A stretch of DNA of 27,306 nt, from positions 1 to 27,306 of IMG/VR virus record IMGVR_UViG_3300022183_000054; one strand, 5' to 3'. Origin of the DNA: a virus. Its lineage: Duplodnaviria > Caudoviricetes. This document shows positions 16,781 through 25,937 of the stretch, piece after piece. The position numbers and the translations under genes were made by a program. Below the pieces are notes generated by a model. The model did not search any database. It saw only the letters and a list, made by a program, of their open reading frames with translations, and was not told where the DNA came from. Within the stretch, counting starts at the first letter, position 1; each line of letters starts with the position of its first letter.

Positions 16781-17206
16781 TTAGATTGTGTGTAGAGCAG
16801 TGAATTCAATACTGATTATACAGTATTCTTGAGAGTCTGTCACTTCACGTGTTGAACTGTTGTATCTAATCGTGAAGGTGTTGTTTGGTGTGGTATATAT
16901 ATTCAGAACAGCATTGATGACAGTCTCTTCTGCATCCAGTGCATTGTCATAATCTGTCGGATATATGTCCAAGGGTCTCAAGCGATATGCAAACAGAACC
17001 CGGACAGGTGTATTGACATATACACCCACGGGTCTTCTTTGGCGTTCATCCATTGCGGTTGATGCTGCCAGCTGCACACCAAAGGCCAGATGTGCAACAG
17101 TGTTCTCAGTTCGGCCAAAGTAGTCCGGACTATGCTTGGATTCTTTGAATCCAGATAGGCCAGCCACCTTTGCTGCTATGGCTTGTCTGACTGCACTGAA
17201 CTTCAT
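16781..17206 (-). CDS. tail terminator-like protein
   Basis: 141 aa, N-terminal 'AVRQAIAAKV' helix, position upstream of the tube gene. Confidence 0.55.
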   Translation of the reverse strand: MKFSAVRQAIAAKVAGLSGFKESKHSPDYFGRTENTVAHLAFGVQLAASTAMDERQRRPVGVYVNTPVRVLFAYRLRPLDIYPTDYDNALDAEETVINAVLNIYTTPNNTFTIRYNSSTREVTDSQEYCIISIEFTALHTI

Positions 17207-17979
17207 CTTCTTCTTCTCGTGGTGCGGAACTGACCAAACCGACCGGGCTGGTTCAAGTAGATGACTGGATTCTTGGCTTGTCTGTGATTGGGTTGATCAC
17301 TTTGGCCATCATGGTCATAGTCATAGATAAAGTTAATCTGTTTCCATTCATGGCTGTATTGTCTGAAGTGCTCAGATGCTAAGTCAAGATATCTTCCATT
17401 CGATTGTCCAAGTGAGCTGTGAAAGTCTCTGAAGATGTAATACAATGACAGATTCTGATGGGCACCTCGGAAGGCTTCTGCAGACATCACAAGATATTCC
17501 AGACCACCGCCTTCTGTTCTCATTCTTTGAATGATGGTGAACCATGCTTCATCAATATAAGACTGGTAAGATGTCAGGTTGGATGGGCGGATATCAGCTA
17601 GTTGGCTGTAGGTGGATGTCAAGTCGCCATCACTCACCACAGGATATAATCTCCTCTTCACCACTGCTGCATTTCTCCGGAAGTTGTACACCCCACCAGT
17701 CAGCTGTATTTCCCACTCTTGTAAGTACCCTTCACCCAGATTCAAGGTGTCTGCCAAGTTGCCTGCACTGTGGGTGTATTGTGGAATGTTACCGGGATAT
17801 GTTCCCGCAGCTTCATCCACAATCTTGTCACCATTCGGAGCTATCAGACTATACTTGACATCTGTTGGACCCACTAAGGAACCATCCCGATAGATGGGTA
17901 GTGTGGTCAGTTGGCTCTTGCCACGTTCCAACAGTTCTGGAACCTTGATTTGGGGTGCATAGGGTGTTGCATTGCTCAT
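17203..17979 (-). CDS. putative head-tail connector/virion protein
   Basis: Position; N-terminal beta-sandwich-like region, then SDGDL...YQSYIDEAW helical adaptor-like region. Confidence 0.5.
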   Translation of the reverse strand: MSNATPYAPQIKVPELLERGKSQLTTLPIYRDGSLVGPTDVKYSLIAPNGDKIVDEAAGTYPGNIPQYTHSAGNLADTLNLGEGYLQEWEIQLTGGVYNFRRNAAVVKRRLYPVVSDGDLTSTYSQLADIRPSNLTSYQSYIDEAWFTIIQRMRTEGGGLEYLVMSAEAFRGAHQNLSLYYIFRDFHSSLGQSNGRYLDLASEHFRQYSHEWKQINFIYDYDHDGQSDQPNHRQAKNPVIYLNQPGRFGQFRTTRRRR

Positions 17980-18653
17980 TGCGAAAAGTCCTCATATATG
18001 GACATTCCAGATGATTCAAAGTCCTTGATGAAGTCTTTCATGTCTTTGATGGTTTGTTTCATTTCATCCAGTTCTTGTCTCTTCTCTGGAACATGTTGCT
18101 GTTTCAATAGTGTTTCCATTGCACGACCACTGTTTCTTTCATGTACTGAAAGTTCCCAGAAGTGCACTTCTGGTATTCCAAGCAGATTAGAACGAAGCAG
18201 ATTTACACACCACACTTGGAATGCAGCTGTGTCTAACTTTTCAATTAATCTGTTTGCAACCACTTTGATATTTGTCCACTTGGGTACATGATATCTTCCA
18301 CCTCGGACTTGATAAACATGCATATAGTCATATTTTTGTGGGTCAAAGTATATCCATCCCTGTTGTTGGAGCTGACCGATTCTAGAACCGGGATTGCCCA
18401 TCTCACCTTGAATCTGATGAACACCATTTACACCGGGTACCACTCTTTCCATTCTCAAGTGTGGGATGAAGAATCCCTTCTTGACTGTCTTGGTGCTTTT
18501 GCCTGATTGAACTTGGACATCACGATACACAAATTGCCAATTGGATGGGTGCCATTTGTAGTAAAATGGATGATTTGGTTGGGCTGGCAATAAAGTCTGG
18601 GTTTGTTGGGCCATTGGTGCCCATGGTTGTGGTTGTGGTTGCATATTGTTCAT
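17976..18653 (-). CDS. hypothetical protein
   Basis: Start MNNMQPQ with GAGGTAC RBS (18659-18665); 225 aa; no family recognised. Confidence 0.7.
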   Translation of the reverse strand: MNNMQPQPQPWAPMAQQTQTLLPAQPNHPFYYKWHPSNWQFVYRDVQVQSGKSTKTVKKGFFIPHLRMERVVPGVNGVHQIQGEMGNPGSRIGQLQQQGWIYFDPQKYDYMHVYQVRGGRYHVPKWTNIKVVANRLIEKLDTAAFQVWCVNLLRSNLLGIPEVHFWELSVHERNSGRAMETLLKQQHVPEKRQELDEMKQTIKDMKDFIKDFESSGMSIYEDFSQ

Positions 18654-18670
18654 TTCTTGTACCTCTTTTG

Positions 18671-18707
18671 AAAAATATGTGGATGGCAGTAAAACCACCA
18701 CCCACAC
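18671..18707 (-). terminator. intrinsic terminator/attenuator after major capsid gene
   Basis: GTGTGGGTGGTGG-TTTTA-CTGCCATCCACAT followed by ATTTTT. Confidence 0.65.
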
Positions 18708-18732
18708 GAACATAATTGATTGTGTCTTGATT

Positions 18733-19668
18733 TTAGACAGCAGATATCAAAGAAACTCCACGGTCATCATCAATGATTGACATACCTAAGTAAGCATGTC
18801 CGACAATGCGTGTCAAAGCTTTATCAGCTTCACGTTCCATCTCAATCATCACTTCTCCCATTTCCATGGATTCAGCTGCACCCGGAAGACCAGCAGGCAT
18901 TCCAGAAGCAAAACCAACAGCACCAGGAGCAAAGACAGCACCAGCGTGGTCTGTTCCATCATTGGTGATGTAACTTGATGTGTAGATTTCAACACCCATG
19001 AACTGACCTTTGTAGTGAGAACCCTTAGCACTAATCGCTTCATATGAAGCAGGGATGAATTGCAGGATTCCATTGCTTAAAGACAAGATGTCATCTTGAA
19101 GGTCTGCAAACTGTTTTGGATGCAACAAAGCAACATAAGGACCCGGTGCACCTTTGTTGGATGCAGCTGCTTCAAGTGCTTGAATAGCATCCAAGAACTT
19201 GTCAACATCTAATGCTGTAGCTGTTGTACCTTTGACAACAGTGAAACTAGCAACAGCAGCACCAGTCAAGTTAGCAAACAAAGCATCATAAGAACGTGCA
19301 ATTGATTCAGCAATACGGAATGGATCAACATCACCATTTCCAAGGCCAGTCATACCAGCCATGTCTGTGATTGAGTATGCCAATGCTTGTCGTTTTACAA
19401 CAACATCAACATGTCCATCAGTCAACGCTGTATCAGATACCGCATTTCCTTCTGTTGCACCTGTGAAGGCTGTGAATCCATCATATCCATCAAGACCAGC
19501 TTTGCGGACACGGATGGTATCAGAACCCATTCCATTGATTGAGCCTACAAAGTCCATGAATGGAGTATTGCGAAGGTTTGTTGAGTCTGTGAGAAGTAGT
19601 CGAATCTCTTGAGAGATCATTTGAGCTAGTCGGAGATCACCGACCAAGCTGTTATTGGTAATAGCCAT
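18733..19668 (-). CDS. major capsid protein
   Basis: 311 aa; SDTIRV, YVALLHPKQFADL and GQFMGVEIYTSS patterns of HK97-fold capsids; has its own promoter and terminator. Confidence 0.85.
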   Translation of the reverse strand: MAITNNSLVGDLRLAQMISQEIRLLLTDSTNLRNTPFMDFVGSINGMGSDTIRVRKAGLDGYDGFTAFTGATEGNAVSDTALTDGHVDVVVKRQALAYSITDMAGMTGLGNGDVDPFRIAESIARSYDALFANLTGAAVASFTVVKGTTATALDVDKFLDAIQALEAAASNKGAPGPYVALLHPKQFADLQDDILSLSNGILQFIPASYEAISAKGSHYKGQFMGVEIYTSSYITNDGTDHAGAVFAPGAVGFASGMPAGLPGAAESMEMGEVMIEMEREADKALTRIVGHAYLGMSIIDDDRGVSLISAV

Positions 19669-19767
19669 GATTTACACCTATTATATGGAAGTTTTTGGTT
19701 GGGTTGGTTTGCGTGGATATCTGCTGTTACGGGTGCGACCCTTCCACATACAAGATGTCTTTGTCTT

Positions 19768-19796
19768 ATTGTACAGCATTATTTGAGACTGTGCAA
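19768..19796 (-). promoter_or_regulatory. sigma70-type promoter for capsid gene
   Basis: TTGCAC (19796-19791), 17 nt, TACAAT (19773-19768). Confidence 0.7.
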
Positions 19797-19804
19797 CATA
19801 AACG

Positions 19805-19829
19805 AAAAAACCCACCCGTGATGGGTGGG
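19805..19829 (-). terminator. intrinsic terminator
   Basis: CCCACCC-ATCAC-GGGTGGG followed by TTTTTT. Confidence 0.85.
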
Positions 19830-19864
19830 AAAAAGCGAGGTACAAGACTTTTTTTTGGTGGGAA

Positions 19865-21247
19865 TTATAAAGACACAACGATTTCAGCACCAGTCACATT
19901 GATAACTGATTTTACTTTAACGTTGTTAGCATCAACCAATTGGACATCAAGCTGGACTTGGTTACCACTGCTGTCATAAGCTGACACGTGAATAATCTTC
20001 TTTCCAAGACCATGGTTTAATGTTGCAAAAGTGTTTGCAGTCAAGTTCTGTGGTGCGAACTCTTTACGGAAGTCAGCAATGTCAACCAACACTTGACCAT
20101 TGGTCACTGTTGCCAAGTTGCCTGCTGCTGCATTTGCAGTGATTGCAGCTTGCGCGCGTGCATCGGTGAAGTACAAGTTAGCAGAACCTTCAGTCACTTT
20201 GTCAGTATCAGCATTCAATGAATATTCACCATTGCTGTATGAAAGACCATCACCAGCTGTAAACTGTGAGAAGATGTCAGACAATTCAACAGACAGAACA
20301 CCAGTTGAACTGTTGTATTGCAACAATTGAACATCTGGACTAGCAACAGTTGCAAGACTGATGGCACCACGAGCACGAGCATCTGTGAAGTATTGGTTAG
20401 ATGAACCTTCAGAGATATCATCAGTGTCAGCTGTCAATTCGAATACACCAGTTGATGAAGTGTAAGACAGTCCAGCACCTGTGACAGATACAGCACCACG
20501 AGCACGAGCATCAGTGAAGAACAGATTGGTGGCACCCACATCTTCAGTGATGTCATCTGTAATCAAAGCAAGGTCAATCACACCAGTTGAACTGTTGTAA
20601 GACAGACCAGCACCTGTGACAGATACAGCACCACGAGCACGAGCATCAGTGAAGTACAAGTTAGATGAACCTTCAGAGACACCATCAGTATCAGCACTGA
20701 AAGAGAATGTACCATTGGCAGAACTGTAAGACAGACCAGAACCAGCAGCAAAGAAGCCACGGATTTCAGCTTGATCAGCTGTGAATGCACCAGTGCTGGC
20801 ATCATAATCAATACCAGATGAAGCAGACAAAGCACCACGAACTTCAGCATCTGAGACATCTTGTCCTTCAATCTCTGTCCAATCAGCAGATGTTCCAGCA
20901 GAACCACCATTGTGAATGTAAGTTTCAGCACGACCAGAAACACCAGTCAAAACAATGATGTCACCTTCTTGTTTTTCATCGCCGTTGCTATAGTTGTTAG
21001 TAATCCAGTTGGCCAAACTGGTTTCAGTTGTGTCAACAGATACATCTGTGATAGTTAATGGCTTCAGCTTTAGTTGCTTCTCTCCATTTACAGTCACAAG
21101 TTCTGCATAGTTGGCAGAATCTGTAGCGATTCCAACCACTGCATTTGCTTCAAGATATTGTCTTGTTACCGCGTGGTTATCAGCTGTTGGGTCATTCTCC
21201 AATTGAAGAACACCGTGAAATACGTTTGTTGGGGCTAAAAAGTCCAT
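19865..21247 (-). CDS. repeat-containing fibre protein (candidate head fibre)
   Basis: Four TDxxxEGxxNLYFTDARA repeats alternating with AGxGLSYxxxxG segments; N-terminal PTADNHAVTRQY fibre motif; C-terminal NHGLG domain. Confidence 0.75.
   Translation of the reverse strand: MDFLAPTNVFHGVLQLENDPTADNHAVTRQYLEANAVVGIATDSANYAELVTVNGEKQLKLKPLTITDVSVDTTETSLANWITNNYSNGDEKQEGDIIVLTGVSGRAETYIHNGGSAGTSADWTEIEGQDVSDAEVRGALSASSGIDYDASTGAFTADQAEIRGFFAAGSGLSYSSANGTFSFSADTDGVSEGSSNLYFTDARARGAVSVTGAGLSYNSSTGVIDLALITDDITEDVGATNLFFTDARARGAVSVTGAGLSYTSSTGVFELTADTDDISEGSSNQYFTDARARGAISLATVASPDVQLLQYNSSTGVLSVELSDIFSQFTAGDGLSYSNGEYSLNADTDKVTEGSANLYFTDARAQAAITANAAAGNLATVTNGQVLVDIADFRKEFAPQNLTANTFATLNHGLGKKIIHVSAYDSSGNQVQLDVQLVDANNVKVKSVINVTGAEIVVSL
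20472..20654. repeat. 48-bp identical intragenic direct repeat
   Basis: CCAGCACCTGTGACAGATACAGCACCACGAGCACGAGCATCAGTGAAG at 20472-20519 and 20607-20654. Confidence 0.9.
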
Positions 21248-21286
21248 GATTGGATCTCCTTTGTGGGGTTAAGTTTCAATGTCACT

Positions 21287-21499
21287 TTATCGCAAAACCA
21301 CTGAACCTGTCGTTGCATTTACGAAAGTCACAACCACTTCATTTGAGCTGGTGTGTCTGATGTCAGCTGACACCACATATCCATTCACCAATACTTGAAC
21401 ATTGGGAATGTAGTTCAGATTGTGTGTGATAGTTACTTGTGTGGAGTTGACAAAAGGATATTCCTTAGGTCTACTTGGAAAAAAGATTGCATTTGCCAT
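21287..21499 (-). CDS. small fibre-associated beta protein
   Basis: VTITHNLNYIPNVQV...SNEVVVTF...GSVVL resembles the C-terminal domain of the downstream fibre; GAGGTAC RBS. Confidence 0.65.
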   Translation of the reverse strand: MANAIFFPSRPKEYPFVNSTQVTITHNLNYIPNVQVLVNGYVVSADIRHTSSNEVVVTFVNATTGSVVLR

Positions 21500-21524
21500 G
21501 TTTGTACCTCTTTTGATGTGGAAG

Positions 21525-21833
21525 TTACTCTTCCATTATTAGTGTCACCTCTGCTGAACTGGATGATTTGGTTGCAATTTGGATGGAATTATTCTGATTG
21601 GTTCCACGCCCTCTGGATATCGCTATATATCCACCAGATTTGATGAATATCTTATGAACACCAGTTGTGGAACCTCCTTCAGTGCCTTCAAAAGTGACAT
21701 AGATGTCATGCTGTTCACATCCAACAGTGACATGTCTGCACTTGCCTGGAAGAACCACATTGGTCCATGTCTGGACTGCACTGAAGTTCCGAATAATAGG
21801 GAATGTATTTAGACTTTTATAGTCTTGACTCAT
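21525..21833 (-). CDS. small beta-rich virion/hypothetical protein
   Basis: 102 aa, ATGA-coupled to the scaffold gene. Confidence 0.6.
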   Translation of the reverse strand: MSQDYKSLNTFPIIRNFSAVQTWTNVVLPGKCRHVTVGCEQHDIYVTFEGTEGGSTTGVHKIFIKSGGYIAISRGRGTNQNNSIQIATKSSSSAEVTLIMEE

Positions 21834-22474
21834 TTACCACCTCGATATGCTTTGCGGATTGCATCACGGTTCGCCTTGTAGAACTCGAAGTCTTCTGCAC
21901 CACGCTTCAGAATGTCTGTGGACTGGACTGGTGCTGGTGCGGCTCCAGTGTTTGTCTTGGGTGCAATCAATGCAGGCTGCTCCACTTGGGGTGTGACTTG
22001 GGGTGTGGCTTGTTCGGTCACTTGTTCGGTCACTTGTTCTGCAGCTGCTGTGGTCTGCTGTGATTCCAAGTGTGGTCGCAATGTCACTGGTGCCTTGGAT
22101 GGGTCTTCCTTGATGGACTGCAGCCAGTCATTCAATGAAGGTGCCTTGTCATCACCTTTGGTGGCTCGTTCATATTGCCATTCCACCAGTTCTCTGACTT
22201 CTGGGTCAGTGATACCCAGTTCTGACATTGCAGTGTGTCTGGAATATCGACTATTGGCAGTCTCCAATTCAGATTCAAGTGACTTCACCTTTTCTGTCAG
22301 CTTCTGAATCTTGCTCAGTTCGCCAGATTGGTTGTCAAGCTGGTCTTGAATCGCTGCAGCTGCTTCTTCTGCTTGGATGGCTCGTGCGCTCAGTTTTTGG
22401 ATTCGGTCTCTGAATGCATTCTCAATATCTGTCTTCAGAACGTATTCTTCACCATCATGGTTGATTGTCTTCAT
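21830..22474 (-). CDS. capsid scaffolding protein
   Basis: Coiled-coil N-half, Pro/Ala/Thr/Gln linker, short basic C-terminal helix; lies between portal and capsid. Confidence 0.7.
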   Translation of the reverse strand: MKTINHDGEEYVLKTDIENAFRDRIQKLSARAIQAEEAAAAIQDQLDNQSGELSKIQKLTEKVKSLESELETANSRYSRHTAMSELGITDPEVRELVEWQYERATKGDDKAPSLNDWLQSIKEDPSKAPVTLRPHLESQQTTAAAEQVTEQVTEQATPQVTPQVEQPALIAPKTNTGAAPAPVQSTDILKRGAEDFEFYKANRDAIRKAYRGGK

Positions 22475-22802
22475 CTTTGGTACCTCGTAGATGTAGGTTT
22501 TTGTGATAGGTTATATCGTTTAAAATTGCGATTGCAATGGGCTTGTTATCCCAGATCTTTTCATCAATCAGGTCAACAAAGTGACCCAAGTTGACCAATG
22601 GAAGCCAATGGTCATACAAGTCCAACATGTGGAGCGTTCTTGGTTTGCTAAACTGATATTGACAGTGTGGATGCACCACGCGAATAGTCTCCACCAGATG
22701 AATGTTCTGGCTGGTGGACATCCATTCCACTTTGCCAGTCTGCACATTCACAGGTTCTTTGCATTGTTCACAGTTGAACTGTTTCCAAAGTATAGGCATC
22801 AT
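22455..22802 (-). CDS. hypothetical protein with CxxC...HxxC
   Basis: CEQC and HPHC suggest Zn binding; fills the portal-scaffold gap. Confidence 0.55.
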   Translation of the reverse strand: MMPILWKQFNCEQCKEPVNVQTGKVEWMSTSQNIHLVETIRVVHPHCQYQFSKPRTLHMLDLYDHWLPLVNLGHFVDLIDEKIWDNKPIAIAILNDITYHKNLHLRGTKDEDNQP

Positions 22803-24259
22803 AAGAACTCAGCTCGTTCCCTGCGAATCTGTAACAGATATTCACGGGCTTCTTTGGCATCCATGTCATCATACATCATCATCACAGCTGTGACCGGGCT
22901 GATCAATCCAGCATTCATCTTGGCAATGATGTCTTCACGTTGGGCACGCATCTCTTCTGGTGTCAATGGCATGCTGTGATAGGATACCCTGTATCCATCT
23001 TCTGGAAGATTGGTGCCAAGATAGCGATTGGCCAGCATTGCAGTCTTGGCTAACAGTTCTTCATCACCCATTCTGAAGACTGGTGCGAACTTCTTCTGGG
23101 CTTCACGTTGGCCAGCTTTAGACACGGCCAATGAATATCCACTTCGTGGGTCTGCTGCGGTTCTGGATATGTCACTTGGTGCCAGTCCTGCACTCAGTGC
23201 AACACGGACTTCATATTTGGACACGGCTTCCAACAGGTCTTGTGGGTCTGTGGCAATACCGAATGAACCAACCATGGGCTGTCCTTGGGCATCTGGATCT
23301 TGGGTGAATACCAGAATGCTGGATGGGTCTGTTGATATGCTGGCACGTCTTGCAACACTGTTCTGGTCCATCTGATTCAATCCAGCCAATGTCAGACCAG
23401 CAACATACTTTTGTGACCAAGAAGCCGACTTCACCAGATGTGTCCACATAGAATATAGAACTGCACTGGTCAAAGAACCATAGACCATCTGAGATGCTGT
23501 GAAGGTATCCCAAAGATACCCGGTCTTTTCAGCATGGTACAAGACCACTGGAATGAATGGCTGGTTCTGGCTGTCTCGATATGGATACGTTGGGCCTTGG
23601 TGCGTTGGATGGCCCATGTACACTTCTGAAACATCAGCACCAATGGAACCATCACTGTTCACTTCAAACATTCCGAATGATGGATTCTGGATGTCACGGA
23701 TGTCCATGATGTCCACGACCCAAACATAATTGCCTTCTGGACTCTTGCGAAGTCGATATTCTTGATAGTACACTGGCACATCTGGCTGGTCTGGATGTGC
23801 TTCACAGTACACCACATCTGGTGTCACAAGTCGGTATTGGATACCGGGTACTCGTGCAAGTGTGTTGGCTGTGTGTGGATTCACATCAATCCGGATAAAG
23901 GATTCACGTAGTCCAATGACCATCTGCTGTCCACGTTGCATCAGCTGCCACAATCCAGCCTTGGTCACCAAGCCTTCACGACCAACCATGGCATCAATGT
24001 CACCATTCATGTTGGTCACAGCTGGTGTTTCATGGTACAGAACTGACAGCTGCCGTGTAATCTGTTCGAATGGATTCGATGACATGTCACTTGGACCCCA
24101 TGCTTCACGCCGGTCTGGTGGCAGATGTCTTGCAAGTTCATCTTCCAAGTCTTCTTCCCATGCACCCAGAATCATTCTTCTGCGAAGTCCTGTGTGATCC
24201 CATCTGGCCTGTTCTCCTGCATTGGGTGCAAGCGGTTTCATTGGTTTGTCATTGAACAT
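22799..24259 (-). CDS. portal protein
   Basis: 486 aa directly after terL; SGYSL motif and AGLISPVTAV...A.EYL.QI C-terminus typical of SPP1-like portals. Confidence 0.85.
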   Translation of the reverse strand: MFNDKPMKPLAPNAGEQARWDHTGLRRRMILGAWEEDLEDELARHLPPDRREAWGPSDMSSNPFEQITRQLSVLYHETPAVTNMNGDIDAMVGREGLVTKAGLWQLMQRGQQMVIGLRESFIRIDVNPHTANTLARVPGIQYRLVTPDVVYCEAHPDQPDVPVYYQEYRLRKSPEGNYVWVVDIMDIRDIQNPSFGMFEVNSDGSIGADVSEVYMGHPTHQGPTYPYRDSQNQPFIPVVLYHAEKTGYLWDTFTASQMVYGSLTSAVLYSMWTHLVKSASWSQKYVAGLTLAGLNQMDQNSVARRASISTDPSSILVFTQDPDAQGQPMVGSFGIATDPQDLLEAVSKYEVRVALSAGLAPSDISRTAADPRSGYSLAVSKAGQREAQKKFAPVFRMGDEELLAKTAMLANRYLGTNLPEDGYRVSYHSMPLTPEEMRAQREDIIAKMNAGLISPVTAVMMMYDDMDAKEAREYLLQIRRERAEFL

Positions 24260-24260
24260 G

Positions 24261-25673
24261 TTAGAACCTCAAGTGACTTGGTGAAGTAAAGCGTTGGTTT
24301 TCTATAACTGGAGTCACTGCATAGCGCAATGCATCAACACAATGCCCCCATTCATCACGAGACCTTTCAGACTGTGTCTTCTTCATTGTCCATCGTTGGA
24401 TGGAATGGATGGTGCGTTGGCACCTTGGATTGATGAAGAACTGTCTTCTGGCCATGATTGAATGAATCATTGCGCTACCGTAATATACACTATATCTTGG
24501 CTTCCGTATAGTCCTGATTCTGAATGGCAATTGTGGCATCCGCAGTATTGATTCGAAGGCACGCATCAGAAGACTGTTGGACATCTTACCACTTCCATTC
24601 TTCCCTGAACCGAAGTGCACATTGTCACCAGTCCACTGACATTGGGCTGGCTGTAGATTGTTCCTTGTCAGCATCTCCAAGATGGCACGGGCATGCGCTT
24701 CTGGTGGAGCAGAACCAGACACATATTCATCTAGAACATACACCCAAGGCTCTTGTGGGTTGCTTAGGTTCACAGCTGTCAGGATTGCAATCTGTGTATT
24801 CGGTTGGCTACCATGGTCAATGCCCAATGCGAATTCATAGTTCGCTGGTGGTGGTGGAGCACCAGATATCATGTGCTCATCAAAGCAATCAAACACCCGG
24901 CCTTCTGGAACACCAACCACCCAATCACCATTCAACCGGGCATTCCGGTCTATTGGCAGATAGGTCTGACTGATTCGGTCAATCTGTTCTTGTGACAGTG
25001 TTGGCTTGCAGAACTTCGGAGTAGTATCGGCCACGGTCAAAGGTGCCTTGGTGCAGCTGATGACACCATCTTCCACCAGCTTCTGCATATATCGGACATC
25101 TTGTCCAACAGGTGTCATGGTGACTGCAATGGTTCCAGTCTTGCCACCTGCACCACCTCGAAGGGTTCTGGCTGCTATCTCGTTCCAGACATCTTGTGGA
25201 ACCGGTTCATCCACATGTACGAACGAAGCCGTAAAACTGGCCAGTCCAAGACCTTGGTTAGCTGTCTTGATGTAGATGATGGAACCATTGTTGAATCTGA
25301 CAATGGGATGGATACCCCTGAATCCTTTACCGGGTACGAACTCACAATCTGGATGAAGTGCACCTTTTGGACAAAGATTGTATAGCTTCTCTTGAATGGT
25401 CACAGACTGCTGGTGGCTGTGTGTGATCAGATAGGCTTGAATGGGTGGTGGGTCTGTCTGGATGAATGGATGGGTGCCAAGACATCTGTGCAACAGTTCC
25501 ACACATCCTGTGGTGGTCTTGCCAACCTGATTGCCACCAAGGAACAGTTTTATCTTGCTGTTATCACGTAACCACGCTTCTTGGGGTGGTGTTGGACAGA
25601 AGTAGTCAAGGGGATTCTGTGTGGCTCTGGTCCGCAGCTTGCGGATGTTCTTGGTGGCTGTTCTAATCGACAT
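24261..25673 (-). CDS. terL: terminase large subunit
   Basis: PPQ adenine motif, GGNQVGKTT Walker A, VHVDE Walker B, TMTP, LGIDHG and GHCVDALRY nuclease motifs; start placed at MSIRTA. Confidence 0.95.
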   Translation of the reverse strand: MSIRTATKNIRKLRTRATQNPLDYFCPTPPQEAWLRDNSKIKLFLGGNQVGKTTTGCVELLHRCLGTHPFIQTDPPPIQAYLITHSHQQSVTIQEKLYNLCPKGALHPDCEFVPGKGFRGIHPIVRFNNGSIIYIKTANQGLGLASFTASFVHVDEPVPQDVWNEIAARTLRGGAGGKTGTIAVTMTPVGQDVRYMQKLVEDGVISCTKAPLTVADTTPKFCKPTLSQEQIDRISQTYLPIDRNARLNGDWVVGVPEGRVFDCFDEHMISGAPPPPANYEFALGIDHGSQPNTQIAILTAVNLSNPQEPWVYVLDEYVSGSAPPEAHARAILEMLTRNNLQPAQCQWTGDNVHFGSGKNGSGKMSNSLLMRAFESILRMPQLPFRIRTIRKPRYSVYYGSAMIHSIMARRQFFINPRCQRTIHSIQRWTMKKTQSERSRDEWGHCVDALRYAVTPVIENQRFTSPSHLRF

Positions 25674-25902
25674 CAATAACAATCCCAATAGACAAAGCAC
25701 CACTCTTTAGAACTTGTTCGAATGGTTTCCCGGACAGTTTGGACACCACTGCAATCACCTTCAGGAAGTATGCTGTCCTTGGTATGCTGCCTTGTCTCCA
25801 TCTGCTGACCAGACTCTGATTGGCTCCGATCTCTTTGGCCAGCCAGCTCAGTGTTTTGCCTTGCTTGGTCATCTCTATTCTGGTCCATTCTCCGAAGTTC
25901 AT
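25663..25902 (-). CDS. XRE-family HTH protein
   Basis: MNFGEW...TLSWLAKEIGANQSLVSRWRQGSIP; an alternative start exists at 25941. Confidence 0.75.
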   Translation of the reverse strand: MNFGEWTRIEMTKQGKTLSWLAKEIGANQSLVSRWRQGSIPRTAYFLKVIAVVSKLSGKPFEQVLKSGALSIGIVIDVD

Positions 25903-25937
25903 CGCATTCCATTCCATGACAGTCACACGGGTCACAT

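Noticed and set aside
19669-19762. Known ribozyme or riboswitch in the capsid leader
   Set aside because: No hammerhead, twister or c-di-GMP consensus could be matched by eye.
20472-20654. Diversity-generating retroelement template/variable repeat pair
   Set aside because: The copies are identical, in-frame protein repeats, with no adenine-specific differences and no reverse transcriptase.
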